A stretch of 64,000 bases of DNA from an uncultured Gemmatimonadota bacterium. Lineage in GTDB: Bacteria > JAAXHH01. Below are positions 47,608 to 57,697 of the stretch, in pieces (the stretch's first letter is position 1; every line of letters begins with the position of its first letter). The notes below the pieces were generated by a model that was not told where the DNA came from, made no database searches, and saw only the letters and a list, made by a program, of their open reading frames with translations. The DNA lies in contig OX638340.1 in assembly GCA_951812955.1 (NCBI GenBank), positions 2,240,001-2,304,000 of the forward strand. Direction: 5' to 3'. A program made the translations under genes and the position numbers.

Positions 47608-47713
47608 ATTTCCGCGACTTTTCCTACTAATGCTATAACTGCATTTCCCGGCGGTTCTTCACGATTCGATGAACCCCTGCCGCGAACGTACTGCTCGGTC
47701 GAGCTAACTTTAA

Positions 47714-47963
47714 GAGGTTCGTGATGGTTCTCAAGATCAATTCAAAAAGCAAATCACCTTACCGACAAGTGTTCTGGATGCCCTCGGTGTGGATCCCGGT
47801 GACCAGATTGAAATCATCGAGGGACCTGATGGATTCATCCTCAGGCCCCGGAAAATTGACTATTCAAGTCTGGGGACATTGAAGGAGAAAACTCGACGCG
47901 GTCACGACACCTTCGATATCCAGGTCTTCCGCGAGCAGCCCTATAGCCCATCGCTAAAGGAAT
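47714..47963 (+). pseudogene. MazE/AbrB (SpoVT-AbrB) family antitoxin-like gene, apparently frameshifted in an A5 homopolymer near its 5' end
   Basis: The downstream frame encodes KQITLPTSVLDALGVDPGDQIEIIEGPDGFILRPRK (looped-hinge-helix pattern), but the only start (ATG 47724) is in the -1 frame. One extra A in ttcaaaaagc would fuse MVLKINSKK to QITLP. Confidence 0.4.
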
Positions 47964-48289
47964 GATACCTCGGTGCTTGCCGAAATCAAGGAAGTGCAGG
48001 ATCGTGCGGGTTTCTGCGTAGGCAGATTTTGGAGATCCATCGGTAAATGCGTTGAAAGTTGGAGTGGTGGAGATGGGGTTCCTCAAGCCACACTTGAAGA
48101 ATACAAACATTAGTTGGTGTGTCCGTGATTGTGTCCTCATTACATTGCGGAACCAGACTGAATAGTATATCATACTCGATATACATTTGGATCTTACGAT
48201 CCAGTGGAAGGAAGAGTTCCCAGGACCAACCCAATCTTGGATTTGTGGATCTTATACAAGCGTTGCGACGATCAGTGGAGCGAACAACG

Positions 48290-48505
48290 ATGAAAAACGA
48301 GTTCACTGCGATTATCGAAAGGGACGAAGAAATATACATTGCTTTTTGTCCCGAAATACCGGAAGCGAATGGCCAAGGCGCGACCAAGGATGAAGCCTGC
48401 GAGAGCTTGGCAGAGGCCATTGCCCTTGTATTGGAAGATCGCCGGGAAGAGGGGCTTCGCGGAGCAGCCCCTGGAGCTATTCGAGAAAGAGTCACCATTT
48501 CGTGA
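48290..48505 (+). CDS. hicB: HicB-family antitoxin
   Basis: MKNEFTAIIERDEEIYIAFCPEIPEANGQGATKDEACESLAEAIALVLE matches the HicB N-domain consensus. Confidence 0.65.
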   Translation: MKNEFTAIIERDEEIYIAFCPEIPEANGQGATKDEACESLAEAIALVLEDRREEGLRGAAPGAIRERVTIS

Positions 48506-48690
48506 AACGGAGGAGTTTAATCCGACATCTCCAAAGACACAACTGTCAACTCAAACGCGAAGGACGTTCGCATTCATTGTGGTGTAATTCGATAACGGGG
48601 GCTGTCGAAACAATTCCTCGTCATACCGAGATTTCTAACCGTCTGGCGCGTAAGATATGCCGAAATCTCTCAGTTCCTGATATACTGTAA
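48502..48690 (+). CDS. hicA: HicA-family mRNA interferase toxin
   Basis: SLIRHLQRHNCQLKREGRSHSLW...ETIPRHTEISNRLARKICRNLSV matches HicA (LIK.L...GW...R..GSHH.F.H). Start overlaps the hicB stop (ATGA). Confidence 0.65.
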   Translation: MKRRSLIRHLQRHNCQLKREGRSHSLWCNSITGAVETIPRHTEISNRLARKICRNLSVPDIL

Positions 48691-48839
48691 CCATGACTAA
48701 TCGTCTTGTGATTTGATCAACAAAGTTGTTTGCAGAATTACCTGTTCTCCAGAAGTACCCCTCCCATCTGAAACAGCACTCCTCAAAGGCAATCTGAGTC
48801 AGCGTTACGACGTCAAGATGACGTTTATCTTCGAAGTAC

Positions 48840-50084
48840 TCAGCGCATGAAGCACGGAAGCGCCTGGCTGACCGCCGGTGGATGAACGATGCGCTTGACC
48901 AGACTGCCTGATCCGTCGTCCTGCCACTGGATCTGTATGCCCTTCAGGTCGCGCTGGGCGCCGGCCTGGGCGTCGCCGATCGGATAGACACCGAACGGTC
49001 CCAGGACAGTCAGTTTGGAGGTCGCAAACAGAAAGTTGCGTATTGACGCCCGGTCGATTTCCCCGGTGGGCGTAGCGGCCCGGTTGATGCCCTCCGCGAG
49101 CAGCTCCACGGCGCCGAAACCTGCGGCGGCCTGGTAGTCCGGCATCCTGTGGTAGGCCGCTTCGTAGCGTCGTACGAACATCTCGTTCGTGGCGATGTAC
49201 CCCTCCGTGCGGATCGTTGGATCCCAGGCCGCGTTGCTGATGACGCAGCGACCAACCGCGCCTACCTCGTTGATGAAGGTTTCCCCGCTCGCCAGGAGGA
49301 GGGACGTCAGGAGCGGTCTGTATTCCACGGCGTCCACGGCCCGCGCGAACGCGATCGCGTCGTCCGAGTATCCTCCGCCGATGAACAGATCGGCGCCCGC
49401 ATCCCGCGCCATGGCCGCCAGTGCCTCGTGGTCCACGCTGCCCAACGCGTAGGCCTGCTCCATAACGATGTCGAGCCCACTGTTCCGCGCCGCGTCGCGT
49501 ATGCCCTGGGCCACCGCAGTGGGAAAGGCCGTATCCTCCCACACCAAAGCCACCGTGCGGGCGCCGGACTGCGCGGCCAGTTCCACCGATCCCTCGAGAT
49601 AAGTCGGGGCCGGATTCGTCACCTGCACGCTCCACTGCCGTCCCCGGTTCGCCCAGATCACGGGAGCCGCCGCCGCCGAGGAGACGAGCGGGATGCCGGC
49701 TGCTTCCGTCACGCCGATCACGGGTTCGGTGATCCCGCTGCTGTAGGGGCCCAGAAAGGCGGTGATCGAATCCGATGCGATCATCTCCTGATAGAGGCGA
49801 ACGCTCGCATCCGCGTCGCTCCCATCGTCGCGTATCACCAGCTGCACCTTCCGCCCGCCGATGCCGCCCTTCTCGTTCAGCATTTCGACGGCGAGCCTAT
49901 AGCCGCGGCTGACTTCCTCCCCGGGCGTGCTGAGGCGGCCGGTCTCCGCCACGGCCGCCCCAAGCGTGATGGGTTTCGGCGCCGGCGCCGGCGTTGACTC
50001 CGGCCCCATCGGATCTTCGTTGCCGCACGCGGCCAACGACATTGCCAGCGCCATTGCCAGCGCGCCAAGCCATCTTTGTCTCAT
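48840..50084 (-). CDS. ABC transporter substrate-binding lipoprotein, branched-chain amino acid (LivJ/LivK-like, PBP type 1)
   Basis: Lipoprotein signal (MSLAACG) and Leu/Ile/Val-binding protein family pattern. 414 aa. Confidence 0.8.
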   Translation of the reverse strand: MRQRWLGALAMALAMSLAACGNEDPMGPESTPAPAPKPITLGAAVAETGRLSTPGEEVSRGYRLAVEMLNEKGGIGGRKVQLVIRDDGSDADASVRLYQEMIASDSITAFLGPYSSGITEPVIGVTEAAGIPLVSSAAAAPVIWANRGRQWSVQVTNPAPTYLEGSVELAAQSGARTVALVWEDTAFPTAVAQGIRDAARNSGLDIVMEQAYALGSVDHEALAAMARDAGADLFIGGGYSDDAIAFARAVDAVEYRPLLTSLLLASGETFINEVGAVGRCVISNAAWDPTIRTEGYIATNEMFVRRYEAAYHRMPDYQAAAGFGAVELLAEGINRAATPTGEIDRASIRNFLFATSKLTVLGPFGVYPIGDAQAGAQRDLKGIQIQWQDDGSGSLVKRIVHPPAVSQALPCFMR

Positions 50085-50114
50085 GATAACACCTCATTGA
50101 TCAGAATTGTCCCA

Positions 50115-50435
50115 TCACAACTTCGGATCCGGATCCCCGGTATTCACGCCGCCTTCCTGTATCAGCAGGTAATTCATCGTCGATGCGGCCTGGCGAAACT
50201 TCATCGCCTCCTGGTAGGCCGGATCGTTGTACCATGCCTCGGCCTGCGCCTTGCTGGAAAATTCCAGAATTACCATCCTCCCGTCGTAATCATTGCCCTC
50301 GACGCAGGCGATCTCCTCGCCCCGCGTCAGGAACTTCCCCCCGTACTTCTTGACGATGGGAGGCGTCCGGTCGGTGTATTTACGGTAGATGTCAGGGTCG
50401 TGGATGGACATCATGGAGATGACATAAGCAGGCAT
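50115..50435 (-). CDS. DUF1330-domain protein
   Basis: 106 aa, MPAYVISMMSIHDPDIYRKY...RMVILEFSSKAQAEAWYNDPAYQEA, typical DUF1330. Confidence 0.7.
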   Translation of the reverse strand: MPAYVISMMSIHDPDIYRKYTDRTPPIVKKYGGKFLTRGEEIACVEGNDYDGRMVILEFSSKAQAEAWYNDPAYQEAMKFRQAASTMNYLLIQEGGVNTGDPDPKL

Positions 50436-50578
50436 TGAAGGTGCTCTCCTGTCTGGTTGGCGTGACCTGGTATGGACTCACTTCAGGGTAGTTCAGCAAG
50501 AGCCGACTTGGCTTCCCAAAACACACGCTGAGCCACAAAGGATGCTTTGGAGGCGGAAGCACCTGTGGCGTCATGGCG

Positions 50579-52246
50579 TCAATCGACCTCGTCCGGATGG
50601 TCCCCTTCCACAATCCGCTCCGCCCGGTGGGTCTTTCCATCCTGGAGAAAGAGGAAATGGTCCACGTTTCCCATCTCGTCCCGGACGAAGGTGATCCGGG
50701 CGTCCTCTACTTCCAGGTAGAAGTCCCCTGAAGATTCGAGGATCAGTTCGCTTCGGGGCTGGCCGGGGGGCTGGCCGTAGAGCTTTCCGTCGCTGTAGGT
50801 GATGTCCACGGTAAACTCGGGGGAGAACGTGTAGGTTCCGGTGCATGCCTCGTAGGCGTCCTCGCTCAGGCGTACGGTCTTCATTGGGGGCGGCGCCAGG
50901 GGATTCCGGGCGCTCAGCAGGTGGAAGCCGATGTCCTCGACGTTGGCCGAGCTGTTGGACAGGACCACGACGCCCTTTCGCCACGCCTTGAGGAAGGCGG
51001 CGAATGCGTAGAACCCGTTGGTCCGGCCGGTGAGCCAGTGGATTTCTCGGCCTTGTTCGTCCTGGCGCACCTTCCAGCCCAGCGCGGTCCGGACGCCCTC
51101 TTCGTCAGTCGGTTCCCTGGCCACGATGAGGCTGTCGAAGGACGCGTGGTAGCGGGTCGAATCGTCTTCGGTGAAGTCTTCCGGCAACGCGTAGATGATA
51201 CCCATGTTGGCCGACACCAGGGTCATCATGTCGTGGAGATTGGACCGCAGCCCCGTGCCGCCCACGAGGGTCGTATCGGACCAGGCGTGCACGGGGCGGC
51301 GGGCTTCGTCGTGTCCGGTCGCCAGATACGTCCGCATGGACTGCGAAGGCGCGTTGGCCGTGTTGGCCAGCTTGATAGGATCGCCGAGCATCTCCCGGAC
51401 CAGGTCGTCGTATGATTCGCCGGTAGCCCGTTCCAATACGTGTCCCAGGAGTCCCATTCCGAGATCTGAATAGGCATAGGGGGCGTCCGTCGAGTAGCGG
51501 TCTTCCGTCTCGAAGGGATCGTCTCCTACCGGATCCTGTCCTTCCGGATCATCTCTCTCCAAAACGTTGTAACCAAACTGGGCCCCAAGCCCGTCGCGCT
51601 GCGCGTCCGTGTACCCGGCGAGGTATTCGTACAGCAACTCCACCGAATATCCCTTCAACGGATCGTCCGGATCGTCCGAAACCAGGTTGTCCGGCACGCG
51701 GGGCAGTCCCGAGGTGTGGGTGGCGAGGTGCTCAATCAGGATGGGGCGTCCGGCGGGTGTCGCCGGCACGGTCACCGTATCCGGGAGATAGACGGACACC
51801 CGGTCGGTCAGGTTCAGGTCGCCCCGCTGGACCAGGAGGGACAGCATGGCCGTCGTATACAGGCTGCTCAACTGGCCGATCTCGAAGACCGTCATGGCGC
51901 TCGCGCGCCGTATCGTGCCGCGGTTAAACGTGCCGTGGGCGTAGACGTACCGGTTGATGCCTCGGATGATCCCGGCGACGATGCCCACCGTCTGGCCGTA
52001 TTCATCGACGCGTTCGCGAAGCACGCGCTGTACGGGGTCCTCTTCCTCGACCTCTTCCGCACCGGAGCTTCCCGCGCTGCTGGGCGTATTGCTCCTCGCG
52101 CCCTGCGCATAGGCCGAGTCCTGCGCATAGGTCGTGCCCTGCGCATATGCCGAGCCCAGCGCGCGCGCCGGTGTGGACACGGCGAGCGTATAACAGATGC
52201 CGAAACAACACAACCACATGAGAAAACGGCCCGTGAATGACCGCAT
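50579..52246 (-). CDS. Secreted beta-lactamase-fold (class C/PBP-like) protein with a C-terminal DUF3471-like domain. The canonical SxxK motif is altered.
   Basis: Signal peptide. FEIGQLSSLYT aligns with the consensus F.IGSvSKtFT, and Lys is replaced by Ser. C-terminal VRLSEDAYEACTGTYTF...DGKLYGQ is DUF3471-like. Confidence 0.75.
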   Translation of the reverse strand: MRSFTGRFLMWLCCFGICYTLAVSTPARALGSAYAQGTTYAQDSAYAQGARSNTPSSAGSSGAEEVEEEDPVQRVLRERVDEYGQTVGIVAGIIRGINRYVYAHGTFNRGTIRRASAMTVFEIGQLSSLYTTAMLSLLVQRGDLNLTDRVSVYLPDTVTVPATPAGRPILIEHLATHTSGLPRVPDNLVSDDPDDPLKGYSVELLYEYLAGYTDAQRDGLGAQFGYNVLERDDPEGQDPVGDDPFETEDRYSTDAPYAYSDLGMGLLGHVLERATGESYDDLVREMLGDPIKLANTANAPSQSMRTYLATGHDEARRPVHAWSDTTLVGGTGLRSNLHDMMTLVSANMGIIYALPEDFTEDDSTRYHASFDSLIVAREPTDEEGVRTALGWKVRQDEQGREIHWLTGRTNGFYAFAAFLKAWRKGVVVLSNSSANVEDIGFHLLSARNPLAPPPMKTVRLSEDAYEACTGTYTFSPEFTVDITYSDGKLYGQPPGQPRSELILESSGDFYLEVEDARITFVRDEMGNVDHFLFLQDGKTHRAERIVEGDHPDEVD

Positions 52247-52270
52247 GAGTCTGATCCTCTCCGAGTGTGC

Positions 52271-53086
52271 TTAGTGCCGCGGTACCAGCACTTCGTTGGC
52301 GCTGTCCAGCCGGACGGGTTTCGCGTAGTGATACACGTTGACGCCCTCGGCGACCGGCGTGGGCACCCGGACGATGAACTCCACCCAGTCAGGTGTATTA
52401 AACGCGGCGAAGGCCAGTTCGATCCCTTCCATCATGTCTTCCGGGTCGCGGGTCAGGTCCGGCAGCAGTACCGGGCCCGTGTCCGGCTGGTAGATCCAGT
52501 CCCGCTCGTTGGCATTGATCGTCTTGACCGGGTATTCGAGCACCGCGGCGTACCGGTCGTTCCCGATGGTCGTCCGGGCGTTCAGGGGGACGTTGCCGAG
52601 GACGGCCTCGACGATGGTCCGCGGCGTCTCCAGAAGGCGGCCGTCCACGCGGGACAGGTCGATCCGGACGTCGTCGAAGGTCTCCGCGATGGCGACGATC
52701 TGCCGCTCGGGCTGCTCTCCCAGGGAGGGCGGGTAGAGCGTGGCGCCCCGGTTCGCCACCTCGTAGGTCTTGATGGCCATGAAGGTGTCCGACGAGAAGA
52801 TCGGCTTGAAGTCCGCGCTGGGGATGTGCCAGATATCCCGCTCCACCCCGACCTGTTCGGTCTTGCAACTCACCCCCAGGACGTATTCTTCCCGGAACCC
52901 GCCGTCCTTCCCGGTCACGGTCAGGGTGGCCTCTATGGGAATGCGGGCGTTATTCAGGGAATAGGGCACCTTCTGGGTCACGGTCTTCGGCGGTTTCTTC
53001 TCGGAATCCACGCGAAAGGTAAAATAGGAACGCGCGAAATCGATGGTCTGCATGGGCATGGGCACTCCTGAAAGGTTCTGCAGCAA
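52271..53086 (-). CDS. Hypothetical protein (271 aa), no recognisable domain
   Basis: Coding-like ORF between the beta-lactamase-fold gene and a repeat-containing intergenic region. Confidence 0.45.
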   Translation of the reverse strand: MLQNLSGVPMPMQTIDFARSYFTFRVDSEKKPPKTVTQKVPYSLNNARIPIEATLTVTGKDGGFREEYVLGVSCKTEQVGVERDIWHIPSADFKPIFSSDTFMAIKTYEVANRGATLYPPSLGEQPERQIVAIAETFDDVRIDLSRVDGRLLETPRTIVEAVLGNVPLNARTTIGNDRYAAVLEYPVKTINANERDWIYQPDTGPVLLPDLTRDPEDMMEGIELAFAAFNTPDWVEFIVRVPTPVAEGVNVYHYAKPVRLDSANEVLVPRH

Positions 53087-53090
53087 CCGG

Positions 53091-53267
53091 CTATGGACTA
53101 CTTGATCCAGATGCAGCCTACAAATGGTTTTTCAACATCTGATTATGGACTACTTGACGCGACTGATTATGGACTACTTGTGATTATGTACCTTCTGTTC
53201 CAGACGCAGATTAAAATGGGTCCTGGACACGGTTATTCATACCTTCTGGACACGGTTATTCATACCT
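53091..53267. repeat. Intergenic direct repeats: gattatggactacttg x3 and c(c/t)tggacacggttattcatacct x2
   Basis: Read from the sequence. The first set lies upstream of the hypothetical gene 52271-53086. The second set lies immediately 3' of the FtsX-permease stop (53256). Confidence 0.8.
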
Positions 53268-55718
53268 CAATGCATGCACAGGGTCGGACAGCGTGGTCTT
53301 CAACGTATGATACATCACAGTCAGCAGAGCGATCATCGTGACGAAAGCCCCTACGAGACCGAAGATGCCAAGATTGACCACGGCGTGATACGCAAACTCC
53401 TGAATCCACGTCATCATCATCGTGTACGCAATTGGCCAGGCTATGGCGTTTGCGATGAGTGACAAAATGACCACCTCGCGGCATTGCAGGGTTAACAGAC
53501 TCAGAAAAGTCGCTCCCAGTGCCTTTCGTATCCCCACTTCCCTGATGCGTTTTCTTGTCGTGTATGAAACAAGGCCGGTCAGGCCCAGGCAAGCGATAAG
53601 AACCGCTATCAGCGAAAAACTGCCGAGTATCGTAATCAGTCTGTTCTCTTCGTTATAGAACTGTGCGGTGTCTTCATCCAGGAAGTAGTAGGCAAATGCG
53701 AAGTCCGGATTGATGTCCCTCCATGTCTCCTCGATGAATGCCAGGGTTTCCTCGTAGTTCTCCGAACCGAGTTTAATGGACACATTCCAGAATTCATCTG
53801 ATGCGAGCATGGCGAGCGGTTCGATTTCCGACCTTAAGCTATTGTAATGAAAGTCATTTACTACCCCGATTACCGTTCTGAAGGATTCAGCGGCCTCCCC
53901 GGACGCTGACATGCCGCGGGGCGCAATCCACCTTATCCTTTCTCCCACGGCTCCTTCAGCAGAATCCCAGCCGGCTTTCGCGGCCGCGCGCTCGTTGAGA
54001 ATGATTGAACGCCTGTCTTCCGCCGCCAGGGTACTCGAGAAAAAACGTCCTGCTTTCATGGTCATGCCAAGCGTACGGAGGTAGTCGGCGTCGACCCAAA
54101 AGGTCCTTACCTGGATTTGCCCTCCGTCGTCTGCGGTTATCGGCCGTATGGTCGTTTGTAGCGGCGGTCTTCCCGGGGGCATGTCGGACCCGGAAACACT
54201 GAGTACGCTATGGTGTTCAAGCAGTCTTTCTTTCAGGGCCGAGAATGTATTTACGACAGGAGTGAATGTGAGCGGAATGACGACTATCCGTTGGTTGTCA
54301 TAGCCCAGGTCCTTGTCCCGGATGTAATCTATTTGCTGATACACGATGCAGGTAGCGATTATCAGAACAGTCGATATGGTGAATTGAAACACGACCAGCG
54401 TTTGACGCAGCGACGCCTTTTTTATCCCTCTGCTAATCCCGCTTTTAAGTACGTCAATCGGTTTGTAAGATGAAAGCAGGAGGGCGGGGTAAATGCCGGA
54501 GACAAGTCCAACCATCAGCGAAGTGCCGAGTAACGCCGGTATCAACTCGGAGATATCATAACTGATCTGGTCTGCTGACGCTGTCATCATACTGCTGAAC
54601 ACGGGAAGCAGGAACTCGATCATTCCCCAAGCGATAGGCAAGGCGATGATGGCGATAAACACAGACTCTCCGATATGCTGTGCCATCAGTTGGGCTCGTT
54701 GCGCTCCCAGCGTTTTACGCAGTCCTATTTCACCTGCACGGCCGCTCGAGTACGCGGTAGCGAGATTGATGAAGTTCACACAGGCAATCATCAGTATCAG
54801 TACCGCTACGGCGCCGTAGAGGAAAACAGTTGAAATACTGCCGTTTGGTTCCAACTCACCCATGCGACTAGAGTAAAGATGAATGGATGTCAGGGGTTGC
54901 AGAGTGAGGTCAAAAGTAATTTGCTCACTTTCAAACCGGGGATTCACGTGCCTGGAAACAAACTCGGGAAACTTGGTGGTCAATTCACCGGGGATGGAAG
55001 CCGGTGTGAGCAACAAGTAAACATGGCTGCGGTTCCAAAGATCCCAGGTGTACCGCTCATCCGGCCTAAAACTGACCGATGATTCACGTTGATGTGCGAG
55101 AAAATCATAATTCATGTGCGAGTTTGGTGGCAGGTCTCGCATTACCCCCACGATACGATAGTCCCAGGTATCTTCGGCGCGAATCGTTTTACCTATGGGA
55201 TCGGCATCCTTGAAGTACTTCAGCGCCATGGATTCGGACAAAACGACCGTAAAGGCGTCTTTCAGCGCGGTTTCGGGGTTTCCTTGAACGAATTCGACCG
55301 AAAAAACATCGAAAAACGTGGAGTCCGTGTGATAGAACCCCTTTTCATAGAATCGATTTTCGCCGTGGGCTATCATGTAGGAAGAACCCGGTTTCAGAAC
55401 GGTCACCGACGCTTGAATTTCCGGGAACTCCTCTTTCAGGACGCTGACCAGGGGGGTCAAGGCAGCAGCGGTTTCCGTGGTGCTGTTCGGACTGTGTATG
55501 TCCATCGCCACGCGGTATATTCTGTCTGAATTCACATTGAACCGATCGAAACTCAGTTCGAACCGCATGTAGAGCATAATCATCACGAAACATGTTACGC
55601 CAATTGTAAGACCCACTACATTGATGGATACATAAGCCTTATTGTTCCACAGGTGGCGAACAGTAGTCCTTAAAATGTTACTGATCAGCGACGCAGGAAG
55701 AAACCCGGTAGCGGCCAT
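53256..55718 (-). CDS. FtsX-like ABC transporter permease with two FtsX domains (MacB/YtrF-like permease-only protein)
   Basis: N-terminal TM, large periplasmic domain, 4-TM FtsX block, second periplasmic domain, second FtsX block. Start moved to the ATG at 55718 (MAATGF). The track ORF begins at an upstream TTG. Confidence 0.8.
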   Translation of the reverse strand: MAATGFLPASLISNILRTTVRHLWNNKAYVSINVVGLTIGVTCFVMIMLYMRFELSFDRFNVNSDRIYRVAMDIHSPNSTTETAAALTPLVSVLKEEFPEIQASVTVLKPGSSYMIAHGENRFYEKGFYHTDSTFFDVFSVEFVQGNPETALKDAFTVVLSESMALKYFKDADPIGKTIRAEDTWDYRIVGVMRDLPPNSHMNYDFLAHQRESSVSFRPDERYTWDLWNRSHVYLLLTPASIPGELTTKFPEFVSRHVNPRFESEQITFDLTLQPLTSIHLYSSRMGELEPNGSISTVFLYGAVAVLILMIACVNFINLATAYSSGRAGEIGLRKTLGAQRAQLMAQHIGESVFIAIIALPIAWGMIEFLLPVFSSMMTASADQISYDISELIPALLGTSLMVGLVSGIYPALLLSSYKPIDVLKSGISRGIKKASLRQTLVVFQFTISTVLIIATCIVYQQIDYIRDKDLGYDNQRIVVIPLTFTPVVNTFSALKERLLEHHSVLSVSGSDMPPGRPPLQTTIRPITADDGGQIQVRTFWVDADYLRTLGMTMKAGRFFSSTLAAEDRRSIILNERAAAKAGWDSAEGAVGERIRWIAPRGMSASGEAAESFRTVIGVVNDFHYNSLRSEIEPLAMLASDEFWNVSIKLGSENYEETLAFIEETWRDINPDFAFAYYFLDEDTAQFYNEENRLITILGSFSLIAVLIACLGLTGLVSYTTRKRIREVGIRKALGATFLSLLTLQCREVVILSLIANAIAWPIAYTMMMTWIQEFAYHAVVNLGIFGLVGAFVTMIALLTVMYHTLKTTLSDPVHALRYE

Positions 55719-55852
55719 GGCGGATCTCCAGCAGCTTAAAACGGGATTTCGTACAGGAAGCAGAAGCCACCCCAACCTTATGCGGACAATATAGTGTTCC
55801 CCTCGACTTTTCGGTACGACATTACAGGCGTAACGCGGCAACCAGGAGCACC

Positions 55853-57697
55853 ATGTCAAGCGAACTGACCAGGACCTACCGCCCGTTCTCGGACTCCCGC
55901 CCCTACACCCGCTGGTGGTGGTTCTACGATGACATCAGGGCGGTGGACATCCGGACGCAGTTGCGATGGGTGCGGGACCAGGGATTCGGTGGCGTGGAGA
56001 TCGCCTTCATGTATCCGCAGCCAGGGTCCGGTGAAGGGCCCCACTGGCTGAGCGAGGCGTGGACCGACTTGGTCGCCTTCGCCAAGGAAGAGGCGGACCG
56101 GCTCGGGATCGGATGCGACTTCACCTTCAGCACGTCCTGGCCCTTCGGTGGGTCGATCGTTCCCGAGGAGGACGCGGGACAGGTATTCGGCGGGCCGGCG
56201 ACCCAGCGCCTGGAAAAGTCGTGGGAACTGTCCTATTTCGGCCGCGGCCGGATCCTGAACCACCTGGACACGGGCGCGTTCAGCCGTTACGCCGAGCAGG
56301 TAGGTGGCGCACTGAAACCCGCCCTGCGCGGTACGACCTCGGGAATGTTCTCCGATTCGTGGGAGGTTTTCCCGGAGGGCCTCTGGAGCGCCCACCTGGA
56401 CCCCGTCTTCAGGGATCGTTTCGGGTACGACCTGGAACCGTTCAAGGCATGTATCGACCAGCATCCCGACGTGCGGTACGATTACCGGAAGATCCTGTCG
56501 GATGCGGCGATCGAGGGCTTCTTCAGGCCCTATGCCGAGGTTTGCCACCGCCTCGGCGCCGTGAGCCGCGTGCAGTGTCACGGGGCGCCGACGGACCTGC
56601 TGGCCGCTTTCGCGCTCGTGGACGTCCCGGAATCGGAGGCCCTGCTGTTCGAGACGTTCTTCTCGGCCATACCGGGTTCGGCCGCGGCCCTGGGCTCTCG
56701 GCCCGTGGTGACCTGCGAGACGTTCACCTGTATCTACGGCTACGCGCCATGGCCCGCGCCGTCACCCCATCACGGCGAGGAGAAGGTGGAGGACATGAAG
56801 CTCATGGCGGACGCGGTGTTCGCCAACGGCGTCAACCACATCGTCTGGCACGGCATGCCCTACAACGCGCCGGGCGGGAACAACACCTTCTACGCGACCA
56901 CGCACGTCGGTCCGGGCAGCGGATTCGCCGGCCGGCTTCCGGCCTTCAACGCCTACATGGCCGAGGCCTCCGATTTCGTCAAGCAGGGCAGAACGTATAC
57001 GGACGTGGCCGTGTACCTCCCACTGGAAGACCACTGGATGTGCCATACGCTGCCCGAGGAACGGCGCGGACCGGCCGCGAACTATTACTGGGAACTGCAA
57101 ACCGTCGAACGGCCCGGTGCCTTGCTTGGGTACCATCCCCTCTGGATATCGACGCCTTTTCTGGAGGAAGCGGAGGTGGAGGACGGCCGCGTTCGATATG
57201 GAGAGGCAGTCTTTTCCGTATTGTATGTGGACGTGGAATGGCTGGACGGCGAAGCCCTGTCGGCCCTGCAGCGGCTGGCAAGGGAAGGTGCGCATATCGT
57301 CATTCCGCGCAGGCCTGCCGCGCCCGGCCACCGTCCGCCTGCGGATTACGAGGATCGCCTGAAACAACTGATGAGCCAACCAGCGGTTACCACTGATCCG
57401 GGTGAGGCGCTGCGGCATCCTCCCCTCGTGAGCGGCCTGGACACGCCGGAATTCTGGTGCAGGGAGGTCGACGGCGACTACCACCTATACTTCGCCCATC
57501 CCGATACGAAGCGCATCCGGTACCCCATGGCCTACGAGGGCTGGCGTTCCACGGGCCTGGTCGAGCGGGAAGTAGTCCTGCATGTCAACAGCCGGGAGCG
57601 GACGGTGCGCCTGGCCTTCGAGCCCGAAGATGCCATGCTGGTCAGGGTATCGGCCACGGGCGCGGTGGACGTGGAACCGGGGCGTGTTGATGAGTGA
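55853..57697 (+). CDS. Putative glycoside hydrolase (TIM-barrel, family uncertain)
   Basis: N-terminal RPYTRWWWFYDD...GFGGVEIAF pattern is reminiscent of bacterial GH families. 614 aa. Low-confidence family call. Confidence 0.45.
   Translation: MSSELTRTYRPFSDSRPYTRWWWFYDDIRAVDIRTQLRWVRDQGFGGVEIAFMYPQPGSGEGPHWLSEAWTDLVAFAKEEADRLGIGCDFTFSTSWPFGGSIVPEEDAGQVFGGPATQRLEKSWELSYFGRGRILNHLDTGAFSRYAEQVGGALKPALRGTTSGMFSDSWEVFPEGLWSAHLDPVFRDRFGYDLEPFKACIDQHPDVRYDYRKILSDAAIEGFFRPYAEVCHRLGAVSRVQCHGAPTDLLAAFALVDVPESEALLFETFFSAIPGSAAALGSRPVVTCETFTCIYGYAPWPAPSPHHGEEKVEDMKLMADAVFANGVNHIVWHGMPYNAPGGNNTFYATTHVGPGSGFAGRLPAFNAYMAEASDFVKQGRTYTDVAVYLPLEDHWMCHTLPEERRGPAANYYWELQTVERPGALLGYHPLWISTPFLEEAEVEDGRVRYGEAVFSVLYVDVEWLDGEALSALQRLAREGAHIVIPRRPAAPGHRPPADYEDRLKQLMSQPAVTTDPGEALRHPPLVSGLDTPEFWCREVDGDYHLYFAHPDTKRIRYPMAYEGWRSTGLVEREVVLHVNSRERTVRLAFEPEDAMLVRVSATGAVDVEPGRVDE

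Noticed and set aside
47986-48498. 170-aa minus-strand ORF overlapping hicB
   Set aside because: It is antisense to a good HicB match, and its composition (Ser/Ala/Arg-rich) is not protein-like.
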